A stretch of 64,000 nucleotides of DNA from Macrostomum lignano. Its lineage: Eukaryota. The position numbers and the translations under genes were made by a program. Of this stretch, positions 61,640 to 64,000 are shown one piece after another. The notes under the pieces are model-generated. The model worked only from the letters and a program-made list of their open reading frames with translations. It did no database searches and had not been told where the DNA came from. The stretch spans positions 186,001-250,000 of the forward strand of contig NIVC01001075.1 in NCBI GenBank assembly GCA_002269645.1, read 5' to 3'. Position 1 is the first letter of the stretch, and every line of letters begins with the position of its first letter.

Positions 61640-64000
61640 TGTTGTAACCCGTCTCTAGCTCCTTGACGAAATTTACATGCGAATCGACAGGCTGTGGCGG
61701 CTGGTCAGTCAAGTCTATCGGTAGGCGCATCTCCGTGCCATAGACCATGTAGTGGGGAGTATAACCCGTTGCTCGATGCACGCTTGATCGGTACGCCATT
61801 AACGCAGAGCTGACAAATTCTTCCCAGTCGTTTCGTCCTGAGTCCTCTAGGCAGCACTTGAGGATGGATTTTAAACTTTTATTGAAGTTTTCTACTTGTC
61901 CATTTCCGCTCGGATGATAAGCTGTGGTTCTGGACTTGCGGATCTCGAGTATCCTGCACATTTCGCGCATCACTTGCGATTCGAAGTTCCTTCCTTGGTC
62001 ACTGTGCAAAGTACTCGGACATCCATGCTGGCTAATCCATCGATTGAAAAGCGCCCTTGCCACCGTCCTTGCCTTCTGGTTGCGAAGCGGGTACGCGTCA
62101 GGCCACTTCGTAAACGAATCTTGGACTGTCAGGAGATAAATGTTTCCAGCCTTACTCCGCGGTAGCGGCCCGACAATGTCCATCATGACGCAATCGAATG
62201 GTGCTGCGAATGTCAACGGTTGCAGGGGTGCTCGGTTTCGCTTGCCCGGCTTTGACTTGCAGCAGGTGGCACAACCGCGAATATATTCTTCAATGGCACG
62301 AGACAATCCTGGACGCCAGTAGCGCTGAAGCACTTTAAATTTTGTCTTCGCAAAGCCCATGTGGCCACCTCCCACTCCCTCGTGTAGGGTTTTCAAGATA
62401 CGATCCAATGCCTTTCGTGGCAGCACCATTTGATACTCATCGCGCCTGTCTTTGTTTCTCACAAGGAGCACGTTCTCTTGCAGCACCAGGTCGTCTTTTC
62501 GAGTCCAGACGGCTCTAGCCAGTGGACTCCAAGCTGTCTCGCTTTTATCTGGAACTGGGTTTGAGCCAAGCGCTTCCTTTACTGTTCTCAAATCGTCGTT
62601 TTGATCCTGCTCGCTTGCCAGATTGCCGGCTGAGAATCGTTCAAATTCGACTGCATTTAGTCCTTCTGGATGCTGCGCACATGCCGGGCATGTCTCCGCT
62701 CCGAAATGTCTCCGTACTGGCTTCCTCGACATTGCGTCCGCGTTGCCATGCGATCGACCTGGTCTGTGAACGATGCGGTACTGAAATGGAGCCAACTTCT
62801 CCAACCAGCGAGCAACCTGTCCCTCGGCGTCACTGAAGTTTTTTAACCATTGCAGGCTGCTGTGGTCCGTTCGCAGACAGAACGCTTTTCCCAGCAGATA
62901 GTATCTGAATTTCATGATGAAAGTCACAACCGCTAGTAGTTCTAAACGAGTCGTACAATAGTTGCGTTCGGCTTGATTTAGTGTCTTGGACCCATAGGCG
63001 ATCACTCGTTCTGCTCCATCTGGCTGGACTTGAGAAAGTACCGCTCCTATGCCCATCTTCGAACTGCCATCAGTATCGAGGATAAACTCTCCGGCATCCG
63101 GGGAGAAATCCGGATGAGCCATAACCTCTGAACTTGTCATTCGTTCCTTCAATGTTTCGAACGCCAGCTGCTGTTCCGTTTTCCATTCAAACTTTGCGTC
63201 TTTTGTTGTCAACCGAGTTAGAGGCGCTGCTATTGCGGCGAAATCTTTAATAAACTTTCTGTAATAGCCACACAGGCCCAAGAATGAATGCAGCTCCTTT
63301 GAGGATCGCGGTGTTGGCCAGTTCTTCACTTCTTGAACTTTCTCCTCATCGGTACTGATGCCAGCAGCCGACAGCGTGTGACCGAGAAATTTCACTTGCT
63401 TTTGCAAAAAGTGACACTTCTGGGGCTTCAGGCACAAATTTGCTTGCCGCAACTTGCTGAATATTTCCTCCAGTCTTCTCAGGTGTTCATCCACGTCGGT
63501 TGACCAAACCAGTAGATCGTCGATGTAGACGAGACAGGTTTTCCACATCTGCTTGTCCAAAACGGCTGCCATCAACCTGGTGAATGTTGCTGGGCTGTTC
63601 ACTAAGCCGAACGGCATAACCTTCCATCGAAATTGTCCGCGATGCGGCACTGCAAACGCCGTCTTGTCCTGATCCTGAGGTCTCACCCCTACTTGCCAAA
63701 ACCCGCTGTGAAGGTCCATTGTCGAGAAGATCTTGGCGCCGTGTACTGCCTCCAGCGCATCATCGACCCTCGGCATCGGCACTGCATCCTTGACGGTGAC
63801 CTCATTCAACTTCCGATAATCGACGCACATCCTCATTTCCCCTGATTTCTTCTTTACGCACACCAAAGGAAAGCACCATGGTGACTGTGCTTCTTCGATC
63901 TGCCCCTTTTCCAGCAACTCGTTGACTTGACGATCTACTTCTGGCTGTAAGTGGGGAGGCAGACGACGCGGTGGGATCTTGATTGGGCGCGCATTCTCGG
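61640..64000 (-). mobile_element. pol: Ty3/Gypsy LTR retrotransposon pol (RT-RNaseH-IN), open frame, 3' end truncated, continues off the window
   Basis: SPWCFPLVCVKKK, RMCVDYRKLN, YIDD, DTDGS...GAVLSQ, HHCC zinc finger, MDIVGP, SDQGRNFES, GNGQVENFN; RT-RH-IN order. Confidence 0.97.

Overview
Animal (spliceosomal-intron) genomic DNA, probably from an invertebrate; the taxon cannot be fixed from the sequence. The left 26 kb is roughly 45% micro/minisatellite and carries one clear exon of a canonical ankyrin gene (minus strand) plus two candidate first exons. A complete 7-exon metabotropic glutamate receptor-family gene lies at 27.0-34.9 kb (minus); its ligand-pocket lysine is replaced by leucine. 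The right 27 kb is dominated by a decayed but nearly complete Maverick/Polinton (adintovirus-like) endogenous dsDNA virus. It encodes an integrase remnant, major capsid, A32-like ATPase, penton, adenain, a fibre with discoidin and L-type-lectin-like modules, pPolB with a vOTU domain, and Gly-Gly-motif core-like proteins. Target-site duplications and a reading frame that rejoins suggest ONE ~14 kb element (about 15.5 kb including two solo LTRs). It inserted into a 20-bp satellite (6-bp TSD AGCGTT) and was hit by three LTR-retroelement insertions. It was then split by an inversion (or a mis-assembly), so its halves sit at 37.5-40.6 kb and, flipped, at 49.3-61.6 kb. The host DNA between the halves includes a two-exon gene for a secreted CX3C-repeat cysteine-rich protein. 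An open Ty3/Gypsy pol runs off the right edge. Almost all long ORFs in the supplied track are repeat artefacts.
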